Below, piece by piece: positions 53,982 to 64,000 of a stretch of DNA of 64,000 nucleotides; positions within the stretch are counted from its first letter, which is position 1, and each line of letters opens with the position of its first letter. The DNA is taken from NCBI GenBank assembly GCA_037201645.1, contig JBBCHF010000019.1, positions 4,312 to 68,311 on the forward strand, given 5' to 3'. Below the pieces are notes generated by a model that did no database searches, had not been told where the DNA came from, and was given only the letters and a program-made list of their open reading frames with translations. A program made the position numbers and the translations under genes. This DNA comes from Caulobacteraceae bacterium (GTDB lineage Bacteria > Pseudomonadota > Alphaproteobacteria > Caulobacterales > Caulobacteraceae).

Positions 53982-55120
53982 TGGCCGACGCAATCGAGAT
54001 CATACCCGTCTCGTCCAAGGCCGAGCTGCATCGGTTCGTCGCCCTGCCCGCGCGGCTGAACGCCAAGGACCCGGCCTGGATCACGCCGCTGTTCATGGAG
54101 CGGGAAGAGGCGCTGACGCCCAAGACCAACCCGTTCTTCGAGCACGCCGACTACCAGTTCTGGCTGGCGCGCCGCGACGGCCGCGACGTCGGCCGCGTCT
54201 CGGCCCAGATCGACCACCTCGCCCCCACCGACCCGGCCGATCCGGCCGGCTACTTCGGCATGATCGCGGCCGAAGACGACCCGGCCATCTTCGCCGCCCT
54301 GTTCGCCGTGGCCGAGGCCTGGCTGCGCGAGCGGGGCCGCACCCGCGCGATCGGCCCGTTCAACCTCTCGATCAACGAGGAGACGGGCCTTTTGGTCGAG
54401 GGCTTCGAGACCCCGCCGATGGTGATGATGGGGCACGAGCCCCGCTACGCCGGCGCGCGGGTCGAGGAGCAGGGCTACGCCAAGGTCAAGGACGTCTACG
54501 CCTACCTCGTGGACATCACCGCCGACTTCCCGGCCAAGGTGCGCCAGCGCGTGGACCGGCCCCTGCCCGAGGGCGTGCGGCTGCGCCGGCTCGACTTCAA
54601 GAAGTACGAGCAGGAAGTCCGGGTCATGACCGAGATCATGAACGAGGCCTGGGCCAACAACTGGGGCTACACCCCGATCACCGAGGCCGAGACCCTGCAG
54701 CTGGCCAAATCGATGAAGCCGGTGATCAACGGCGACCTCGTCTGGTTTGCGCAGATCGACGGCGAGGACGCCGGCTTCGGCGTCTGCCTGCCCAACGTCA
54801 ACGAGGCGATCCGGGGGCTGGACGGCAAGCTCCTGCCGTTCGGCTGGGCCACCTTGCTATGGCGGCTGAAGGTCTCGGGCGTGAAGAGCGCGCGGGTGCC
54901 GCTGATGGGGGTCAAGCGCAAGTTCGCGGCTGGTTTCCGCGGGACGCTGCTGCCGTTCCTGCTGATCGACGCCATGCGGCGCGAGGCCCGCAAGGCCGGG
55001 ATCGAGAAGGTCGAGCTGTCCTGGATCCTCGAGGACAACCGCCCCATGCGCGCGATCTGCGAGGCCACCGCCTCGACCCGCTACAAGACCTACCGCCTCT
55101 ACGAGAAGCGCCTGGCCTAG
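53978..55120 (+). CDS. GNAT-like N-acyltransferase, candidate bacterial ceramide synthase (bCerS-like by context)
   Basis: Intact ~380-aa ORF: 'MMADAIEIIPVSSKAELHRFVALPARLNAKDPAWITPLFMEREEALTPKTNPFFEHADYQFWLARRDGRDVGRVSAQID'. The start overlaps the lptG stop. The functional call rests on neighbourhood only. Confidence 0.5.
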   Translation: MMADAIEIIPVSSKAELHRFVALPARLNAKDPAWITPLFMEREEALTPKTNPFFEHADYQFWLARRDGRDVGRVSAQIDHLAPTDPADPAGYFGMIAAEDDPAIFAALFAVAEAWLRERGRTRAIGPFNLSINEETGLLVEGFETPPMVMMGHEPRYAGARVEEQGYAKVKDVYAYLVDITADFPAKVRQRVDRPLPEGVRLRRLDFKKYEQEVRVMTEIMNEAWANNWGYTPITEAETLQLAKSMKPVINGDLVWFAQIDGEDAGFGVCLPNVNEAIRGLDGKLLPFGWATLLWRLKVSGVKSARVPLMGVKRKFAAGFRGTLLPFLLIDAMRREARKAGIEKVELSWILEDNRPMRAICEATASTRYKTYRLYEKRLA

Positions 55121-55123
55121 GCG

Positions 55124-56596
55124 TCAGCGCGCCGCCACGGGAGCGGAGGCCGGGGCGGGATCGCCCACCTGCACCACCGCATACTTGTCGGCGTAGATCC
55201 GCCGCCAGCCCGGCGTGCGGTCGAGCAGGCGCACGGCGGGATTGTCGGGCGAGAAGATCGCCCAGGCCGGATGGTACTTGCCGATCAGGCGGTCGAGCGT
55301 GTCCGGGTTGCCTTCCCGCGTGGCGTCGAAATAGCTGTTCACGAAGGCGTCGCCGTACATGTCGGCGCGGCCGTCGATGAACGGGCGCACGCCCTGGAAG
55401 ATCAGGTAGCCGCCGAAATTGTAGTCGTTGAACACCGGCTGGCGCTTCAGCGCGGCAGGCACGTGGGCGAAGGCCGTCGCCGGGGTGGTGATCGCGTCGG
55501 TGCGCACGATCGGAAAGGCCACGCGCAGCCCGCCCAGCACCACCGCCACGCCGGCCGCGGTCAGCGCCGCGATCCAGGCGCGCCTGCCCGCGGGACCCGC
55601 CGCCGGCTGGCCGAGCGCGACCCCGAGGGGATCGGCGACGATCAGGGCGCCGACGATGGCCAACAGCATCCGGTGGCGGCTGTGCTGCAGCGCCATGTGC
55701 AGCAGCAGCAGCAGCAGCAGCAGCCGCACGATCGGCATCCGCACCCCGCGCGAGACGAAGATGAACACCGCGAGCAGCAGCGCCAGCTCCATCGGCTCGA
55801 AGCTGGAGAAGTCCGCCGGCCGCCACTCGTTGATGTGCGACAGGCTGGTCATCCGCAGGAGCTTGATCGGGAACAGCAGTCCCTGGATGCCGAACGGCGT
55901 GATCAGGGCCGCCAGCACCGCCAGGACGCCGAACACGCCCCAGCCGACCACGACCTCCCGCCGCCGTCCCGGCGCGCCCAGCAGGGCCTCGAGCGCGAAC
56001 GGGCCGATCAGGGCCAGGCCGAAGAAATAGCCGCCGTGCAGGTTGGCCCACAGCGTCATCAGGGGCAGCAGCAGCAGGGACGGCGCGCGGCGATCGGCCT
56101 GCGCCTGCATCAGGCCGATGGTCCAGGCGGCCAGGATCGGCAGGGTCAGAAGATGCGGCCGCGCCAGCAGGCTCGGCGCGATGCAGGAGAACGCCACCAG
56201 GAGCACGATCACCAGCGCCGGCCCGGCCAGCGACCGGCCGAGACGCGCGGCCAGGATCATCGCCAGCGCGCCCGCCGCGGTGGCGGCGAGCACCGCCACG
56301 CCGCTCCAGCCCCCCGCCCGATAGGCGAGGGCCATCAGCACCTCCGACAGCCACTCGTGGCTGTCCCATGGCGCGCCGGGCATCGACCACGAGAAGATGT
56401 CGGTCTTCAGGACGTGGCCGTGGTCCAGCATCCATTGCCCGGCCGTGATGTGCCAGTAGCAGTCGCCGTCCACGAACAGCTTCGGATCGAGCAGCACGAA
56501 GGCGTAGGCCACGACGCCGGCCAGGGCCGGGGCGATGAGGCGCCAGTCCAGGCGCAGGGGCGGGGCGGGGCGCACGGCGGCGTCGGCGGTGGTCAT
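55124..56596 (-). CDS. Polytopic membrane protein, GT-C (ArnT/PMT-like) glycosyltransferase candidate
   Basis: Intact 490-aa ORF with more than 10 predicted TM segments. The first loop carries the acidic motif 'LFVDGDCYWHITAGQWMLDHGHVLKTDIFSWSMPGAPWDSHEWLSE'. Confidence 0.5.
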   Translation of the reverse strand: MTTADAAVRPAPPLRLDWRLIAPALAGVVAYAFVLLDPKLFVDGDCYWHITAGQWMLDHGHVLKTDIFSWSMPGAPWDSHEWLSEVLMALAYRAGGWSGVAVLAATAAGALAMILAARLGRSLAGPALVIVLLVAFSCIAPSLLARPHLLTLPILAAWTIGLMQAQADRRAPSLLLLPLMTLWANLHGGYFFGLALIGPFALEALLGAPGRRREVVVGWGVFGVLAVLAALITPFGIQGLLFPIKLLRMTSLSHINEWRPADFSSFEPMELALLLAVFIFVSRGVRMPIVRLLLLLLLLHMALQHSRHRMLLAIVGALIVADPLGVALGQPAAGPAGRRAWIAALTAAGVAVVLGGLRVAFPIVRTDAITTPATAFAHVPAALKRQPVFNDYNFGGYLIFQGVRPFIDGRADMYGDAFVNSYFDATREGNPDTLDRLIGKYHPAWAIFSPDNPAVRLLDRTPGWRRIYADKYAVVQVGDPAPASAPVAAR

Positions 56597-56736
56597 GGCC
56601 GCACGCTCGCCGACAAGCCTTAACCAAGCCTTCAGGGACCTTACGCGGCGTTAGCCACGTCGCTTAACGGGGCCTCCAGCAAGGGCGGCTAGGGTCCGTC
56701 CCCAACCCGGCATCAAGTCGGTGGGGTGAGACAGAG

Positions 56737-57948
56737 ATGACATCGTTCCAGGGCGCCGCCGACGGCGCGACCTCCGGCGCAGACGGGCGGCCCGAATTTC
56801 CCTGGTCGTCTGCACGCTCAACGAGGCGCAGTCGATCGGCGGCGTCCTGGACGAGGCCGCAGCGGTGCTGGCCGGCCTGGCCTATGAGATCGTGGTCGTC
56901 GACGACTCGGCCGACGACGCCACCGCCCGCGTGGTGCTGGACAAGGCCGCGGCCGACCGCCGCATCCGCCTGGTCAGGCGCACGGGCGTGCGGGGCCTGG
57001 CCTCGGCCGCCATCGCCGGCTGGGACGCCTCGCGCGGCGAACTCCTCGCCATCATGGACGGCGACGGCCAGCACGAGACGCACAAGCTGCGCGAGCTGGT
57101 CGAGCTCCTGCAGACCACCGACGCCGACATCGCCGTCGCCAGCCGCTTCCGCGCCGACACCACCACGGGCCTGAAGGGCCACCGCCACATGCTGAGCTGC
57201 ATCGGCTCGGGCGTGATCCACGCCGTGCTCGGCGCGCGGGCCAGCGACCCACTGGCCGGCTTCTTCGTGCAGCGCCGCGCCTGGTTCGAGGCCGTGCGGC
57301 CGCGCCTGTGCGGCGTCGGCTTCAAGATCCTGGTCGACGTCCTGGCCTCCGGCAGGGCGCGCGCCCAAGGTGGTGGAGTGCTCCACCATCCTGCGCGAGC
57401 GCGTCGGCGGCGCCTCCAAGCTCGACCTGCGCATCATCGTCGAACTGGCCGCACAGCTCGTGGAGAAGCGCACCAACGGGCTGGTCCCGGCGCGGTTCTG
57501 CATGTTCGTGGGCGTCGGCGTGCTCGGCATGATGCTGCACCTGATGGTGCTGAGCGCGGTGGAGACCACCGAGCGGGCGCCGTTCTGGGCGGCCCAGGGC
57601 CTGGCGATCGCGGCGGCGATGAGCTGCAACTACGTGCTGAACAACCTTCTGACCTTCCGCGACCTGCGCCTGAAGGGCGCGGCGTTCTGGAGGGGCTTCC
57701 TGGCCTTCGCCCTGGCCTGCTCGTCCGGCGCCCTGATCAGCGAGATCGTCGGCGGCGTGGTCAGCCGCGGCGGCGTCCACTGGCTGGCCGCCGGCGCGGC
57801 GGGCGCCATGGCGGGGGCCTTCTGGAACTACTGGACCGCCAGCCGCGTGGCCTGGGGCGTCCGCGCCAAACGCCGCGACCCGGCTCTCGGCGATCCGGTG
57901 CCGGCGGCCCCGGCCCCCGCGCCGGCCATGCGCCCCGCGTTCAACTGA
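56737..57948 (+). CDS. Polyprenol-phosphate glycosyltransferase (GT2, DPM1/ArnC-like) fused to a GtrA-like domain, frame-disrupted
   Basis: 'LVVCTLNEAQSIGGVLDE...YEIVVVDDSADDAT...RGLASAAIAGWDASRGELLAIMDGDGQHE...IAVASRF', then ORF 57370..57948 'GGASKLDLRI...' with four TM segments: 'ARFCMFVGVGVLGMMLHLMVL...MSCNYVLNNLLTFRD...'. Confidence 0.75.
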
Positions 57949-57970
57949 TCGCCTAAGGCCGCACCCAATA

Positions 57971-58090
57971 CCGCTCATCCCCGCGAAAGCGGGGACCCAG
58001 GTTTTTTCTGTTCCTGCCCTGGCGAGCTCTCAGCAGCTCAGAGTCGGCGACCCAAAACGCCTGGGTCCCCGCTTTCGCGGGGATGAGCGG
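57971..58090. repeat. MITE/REP-like element: perfect 31-bp inverted repeat around a 58-bp spacer
   Basis: 'ccgctcatccccgcgaaagcggggacccagg' (57971-58001) and its exact reverse complement (58060-58090). Each arm contains the hairpin 'ccccgc-gaaa-gcgggg'. It lies between convergent genes. Confidence 0.7.
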
Positions 58091-58144
58091 ATATGGAACG
58101 AAGCTGAACCCGTCGAATTGCTTGGCCTCGACCGAGTCCGAACC

Positions 58145-58628
58145 CTAAGGGCGCAGCGCCACCTCGGCGGCGATCACCACCGGGCAGCTCAGGGGCGTCG
58201 CGGCGACGCCCATGGCGGTCCGCGCGTGCCGGCCGACCTCCTCCCCGAACGCCTCGACGATCAGCCGCGACGCGCCGTTGACCACATTGGTGGTGCGCTC
58301 GAACCCTGGCGCGGCCAACACATAGCCTTCCACGCGCAGCCAGGCGGCCACCCGGTCGAGCGACCCTATGGCGCGCCTGAGGCTGGCGATGGCGGCCAGG
58401 GCGGCGAGCCTGGCGGCCTCCGCCGCCTCCTCCGGGCTCACCTCGGCGCCGACGCGGCCGAACGGCCCGATGACCGCGCCGTCGGGCGCCTGCGGCCCAT
58501 GGCCGGAGATGAACACCCGGTCGCCATGCACCCCGCGCCCAGGCGAAGTCGATGACCACGCCGGCCGGGACCCTGGCCTCGGCGGGCAGGCGCACCCCCA
58601 TCGCCTCAAGCCTGTCTTCGACGCTCAT
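58145..58628 (-). CDS. RidA/YjgF family protein, one frame disruption (~58540)
   Basis: N-terminus '[30 protein letters not shown]', then ORF 58145..58609 '[11 protein letters not shown]...[65 protein letters not shown]'. Confidence 0.75.
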
Positions 58629-58772
58629 CCTGACAGCCCCCATAACGCTCGACATTGTCCAGGCCGCCCGCCCCCTCGCGCAAGGCGGCGCGGCCGGACG
58701 CCGCCGTTCCGTCCTTCCCCGGTTGAAATCGCCCGCCCGACCGGTAAGGAAGAGGCCCAAACGGAGGAACGC

Positions 58773-59517
58773 ATGGCCAACAAGGTCTTCAAGGACGCAA
58801 AGTCCGCGCTGGAAGGCTGCCTCGCCGACGGCATGACGGTCATGTCGGGCGGGTTCGGCCTTTCGGGCAATCCGGAGAACCTGATCGCCGCCCTGAAGGA
58901 CTCCGGCGTCAAGGGCCTGACCGTGATCTCCAACAACTGCGGCGCGGACGGCCTGGGGCTGTGGGTGCTTCTGAACAACGGCCAGATCGACAAGATGATC
59001 TCGTCCTACGTGGGCGAGAACAAGCTGTTCGCGGACCTTTTCCTGTCCGGCAAGCTGGAGCTGGAGCTGAACCCCCAGGGCACCCTGGCCGAGCGCATCC
59101 GCGCCGGCGGCGCCGGCATCCCGGCCTTCTACACCAAGACCGGCTACGGCACCGTGGTGGCCGAGGGCAAGCCGACGGCGGAGTTCGACGGGGAGATGTA
59201 CGTGATGGAGCGCTGGCTCCGCGCCGACCTCTCCATCGTCAAGGCCTGGAAGGGCGACGCCGAGGGCAACCTCGTCTACCGGAAGACCTCGCGGAACTTC
59301 AATCCGATGATGGCCCACGGCCGGCAAGGTCACGGTGGCGGAGGTCGAGCACCTGGTCGAGCCGGGCGAGCTGGACCCCGATTGCATCCACACCCCCGGC
59401 ATCTACGTCGACCGGATCTTCCAGGGGACCAACTACCAGAAGTGGATCGAGCAGCGGACGGTGCGCAAGCGCCCGGACGCGGAGATGGCCGGCGCGGCCG
59501 CCGGGGAGGAAGTCTGA
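58773..59517 (+). CDS. scoA: 3-oxoacid CoA-transferase subunit A, one frame disruption (~59320)
   Basis: '[41 protein letters not shown]...ISNNCG...SSYVGENK...[24 protein letters not shown]', then '[29 protein letters not shown]'. Confidence 0.85.
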
Positions 59518-60171
59518 TGGCCTGGGACCGCAACCAGATGGCGCAGCGCGCCGCGCGCGAGCTGCACGACGGCTTCTACGTCAACCTCGGCATCGGCATC
59601 CCGACCCTGGTGGCCAACTACATCCCGCCCGGCGTCTCGGTGACGCTGCAGAGCGAGAACGGCATGCTCGGCATGGGCCCCCTTCCCCTACGAGGGGGAG
59701 GAGGACCCCGACCTGATCAACGCCGGCAAGCAGACCATCACCGAGCTGCCGACCTCGTCGTTCTTCTCCAGCGCCGACAGCTTCGCCATGATCCGCGGCG
59801 GCCACATCGACCTGTCGATCCTCGGCGCCATGCAGGTGGCCGAGAACGGCGACCTCGCCAACTGGATGATCCCCGGCAAGATGGTCAAGGGCATGGGCGG
59901 GGCCATGGACCTGGTCGCCGGCGTCAAGCGCGTGGTCGTGGTCATGGAGCACTGCGAGAAGTCCGGCGGGCCGAAGTTCCTGAAGCAATGCACCCTGCCC
60001 CTGACCGGGGCGCGGGTCGTCGATCTCTTGATCACCGACCTCGGCGTGTTCGAGATCGACAAGAAGGGCGATCGCGGCGTGCGGCTGATCGAGCTGGCCC
60101 CCGGCGTCACGGTCGAGGAGCTGCGCGCCAAGACCGACGCGGCGTTCGACGCGGCGCTGCAGCCGGCCTGA
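59517..60171 (+). CDS. scoB: 3-oxoacid CoA-transferase subunit B, one frame disruption (~59690)
   Basis: '[37 protein letters not shown]...[12 protein letters not shown]', then ORF 59788..60171 '[17 protein letters not shown]...[23 protein letters not shown]...VVVMEH'. Confidence 0.85.
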
Positions 60172-60326
60172 GCGGCGCCTGCATCGTGGCCGGGCGGCCC
60201 CGCCGGCGCCCAATCGGGCGGCGGCGGGGCGCCGATCTTGCGGTTGCTTCGCATGGCTAAGGACCCCTTAACCTGATCCGTCGTTCCCCTGTGGCACGCG
60301 TTCGATAGCGGAGCGGGCGGACGATC

Positions 60327-62042
60327 ATGGCGGCGGGACCGATCACGGCATGGCGCAAGGCGGCCGCGCTGGCCATGCGCGCCCGCGCCGCCCTGATCGC
60401 CTTCGCCCGCCGCTGGGACCAGGACGCCCTGGAGCGCGCCCGCGACGAGGCCCGCACCGCCGAGCGGCGCTTGCGCGCGGCCATCGACGTGATGCCCGAG
60501 GGCCTGGTCTTCCTGGATTCCGAGGGCCGCTACATCCTCTGGAACAAGCGCTACGCCGAGATCTACCACCGCTCGGCCGACCTGTTCGCGCCGGGGCGCA
60601 AGCTGGTGGACACCCTGAAGGTCGGCGTCGCCCGCGGCGACTATCCCGAGGCGATCGGCCGCGAGGAGGCGTGGCTCGCCGAGCGGGTCGAGCGGATGCG
60701 CAACCCCGGCCCGCCGCACGAGCAGCAGCTGGCCGACGGCCGCTGGATCATGATCGAGGAGCGCGCCACCGGCGACGGCGGCATCATCGGCCTGCGCGTC
60801 GACATCACCGAGATGAAGGCCCGCCAGGAGGCCCTGCGCCAGGCCCTGGCCCGCGCCGAGGCCGCCAACCGCGCCAAGAGCGAATTCCTGGCCAACATGA
60901 GCCACGAGATCCGGACGCCGCTGAACGGCGTGCTCGGCCTGGCCGGGGTGCTCGACCAAGGCCGGCTCGAGCCGGACCAGCGGGAGATCGTCTCGACCCT
61001 GCTCGACTCCGCCGGGACGCTGGAGGCGCTGCTGCGCGACCTGCTCACCTTCGCGCGGCTGGAGGCGGGCCAGATGGAGATCGCCCGGGAGCCGTTCCGC
61101 CTGCGCGAGGCGATCGAGACCGCCGCCGCCGCCTTCCGGCCCAGGATGCGCGAGAAGGGCCTTGAGCTGCGGCTGGAGCTGACCGGGGAGGCGGACGCCG
61201 TCGTGCTCGGCGATCCCGCGCGGCTGCAGCAGATCCTGACCAACCTGATCAGCAATGCGGTGAAGTTCACCGAGCGGGGAAGCATCACCATCCGCCACGC
61301 CGCCGTCGGCCGCGGCGAGACGCGCCGCCAGGTGCTGGAGGTCTCCGACACCGGCATCGGCTTCGACCCCGAGGACGCCGAGCGGCTGTTCCGGCGGTTC
61401 GAGCAGGCGGACGGCTCGATGAGCCGCAAGTACGGCGGCACGGGCCTGGGCCTGGCCATCTGCCGCCAGCTCGCCGACCTGATGGGCGGGGCGATCAGCG
61501 CGACCGCCAGGCCCGGCAAGGGCGCCACCTTCCGCGTCGAGCTGCCCCTGCCGCCCGCCCAGGCCGCGGCCGAGCCTGACCGCGCGGCCGACGCCGCGCC
61601 GGCGGTGGACTCCGCCGAGCCCCTGCGCATCCTGGTGGCCGAGGACAACCCCACCAACCGCAAGGTCGCCGAGCTGATGCTGGCGGCGATCGGCGCCGAG
61701 GTCGACTGCGTGGAGAACGGCCAGGAGGCGGTCGAGGCCGTGCGCCGGTCGAGCTACGACGTCGCCCTGATGGACCTGCAGATGCCGGTGATGGACGGCC
61801 TGACCGCCATCCTGACCGCCATCCCGCGCTATCCCGCGCCGAGGAGAGCACCTTCGGCCCATCCGCGCCTGCCGATCATCGTGGTCAGCGCCAACGTCCT
61901 GCCCGAGCACCTGGCCGCCTCGGCCGCCGCCGGCGCCGACGGCCACATCGGCAAGCCCGTCCGCCCGCAGGAGCTGATCAGCGCCGTCCGCGCCGCCGGC
62001 CAGCCGGGCGAAGACGGCGAGCAGTTCGCCGCGATCGGCTGA
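60327..62042 (+). CDS. Hybrid sensor histidine kinase / response regulator (PAS-HisKA-HATPase-REC)
   Basis: PAS-like 'IDVMPEGLVFLDSEGRYILWNKRY'. H-box 'SEFLANMSHEIRTPLNGVLG'. 'ISNAVKFTERGSI', 'DTGIGF' and 'GGTGLGLAICRQLADLMGG'. REC 'ILVAEDNPTNRKV...DVALMDLQMPVMDG...GHIGKP'. Confidence 0.85.
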   Translation: MAAGPITAWRKAAALAMRARAALIAFARRWDQDALERARDEARTAERRLRAAIDVMPEGLVFLDSEGRYILWNKRYAEIYHRSADLFAPGRKLVDTLKVGVARGDYPEAIGREEAWLAERVERMRNPGPPHEQQLADGRWIMIEERATGDGGIIGLRVDITEMKARQEALRQALARAEAANRAKSEFLANMSHEIRTPLNGVLGLAGVLDQGRLEPDQREIVSTLLDSAGTLEALLRDLLTFARLEAGQMEIAREPFRLREAIETAAAAFRPRMREKGLELRLELTGEADAVVLGDPARLQQILTNLISNAVKFTERGSITIRHAAVGRGETRRQVLEVSDTGIGFDPEDAERLFRRFEQADGSMSRKYGGTGLGLAICRQLADLMGGAISATARPGKGATFRVELPLPPAQAAAEPDRAADAAPAVDSAEPLRILVAEDNPTNRKVAELMLAAIGAEVDCVENGQEAVEAVRRSSYDVALMDLQMPVMDGLTAILTAIPRYPAPRRAPSAHPRLPIIVVSANVLPEHLAASAAAGADGHIGKPVRPQELISAVRAAGQPGEDGEQFAAIG

Positions 62043-62169
62043 GCCCGTCCGCCCAAACGCCGTCCTTCCCCGCGACAGCGCCGCCGAGTAGCGCGCGGGC
62101 AGGGCTTCCGTGCCATATCCCCGGCCAAAGCGCCGCTCGGGGCGGCGATAACCCACAAGGGGCGGAGAC

Positions 62170-63815
<1,646 letters not shown>

Positions 63816-64000
63816 CCGGCCCGCGAGAGCCGGGAATCGTGGCTTCGACGGCTGTGGCGGCGCCCCGAAAGGGCTAAGGTCAGCGATCCGATGACGTGGC
63901 GCGGCTGAAGCCATCATGCCAAGCACCCTTGTTTTCCCGGACGGGATGCGGCTGGCCCGAGAAGATGAGATCCCCGGGCCGGCGGCGGATCGCGCCAAGG

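Noticed and set aside
63928-64000. A possible gene start 'MPSTLVFPDGMRLAREDEIPGP...' at the right edge of the window.
   Set aside because: Only about 24 codons are visible and no motif is recognisable, so it cannot be supported.

Overview
This is a very GC-rich chromosomal segment. Its gene content looks like a Caulobacter/Phenylobacterium-type alphaproteobacterium, which is an inference. I support about 55 protein genes and found no rRNA, tRNA, CRISPR array, transposase or integrase.

Gene content, left to right:
- Metabolic genes: a TPP-dependent enzyme, an amidohydrolase, NatAB-like ABC exporter genes, an alpha/beta hydrolase and an aldo/keto reductase.
- A small DUF4160/DUF2442 pair.
- The pntAA-pntAB-(small ORF)-pntB transhydrogenase operon.
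- coxIV-like, NDUFA9-like, aroC, a J-domain protein and pdxH.
- An acyl-CoA ligase and a DUF1499 protein with a long acidic Ala/Pro/Glu tail.
- An Opp-like peptide ABC locus with three paralogous lipoprotein binding proteins, a LigF-like GST and no ATPase genes.
- A TonB-dependent receptor whose 3' end is replaced in frame by the 3' end of priA.
- rpsT, dnaA and dnaN.
- MarR and a GMC oxidoreductase.
- A complete Anbu proteasome-like operon (ATP-grasp, alpha-E, transglutaminase, Anbu).
- A WbsX/GH99-like gene and typA.
- A bacterial sphingolipid (ceramide) cluster: hydroxylase, flippase-like protein, acyl-ACP synthetase, CerR-like reductase, ACP, Spt and a bCerS-like GNAT, with lptF/lptG embedded.
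- A divergent GT-C / GT2-GtrA glycosylation pair.
- RidA, scoAB, a hybrid histidine kinase and a second GMC oxidoreductase.

Two caveats apply to the whole window:
- Well over half of the genes, including essential ones, need one or more frame changes to be read. This most likely reflects indel errors in the sequence rather than biology.
- Several palindromic REP/MITE-like elements sit in intergenic gaps, mostly between convergent genes.
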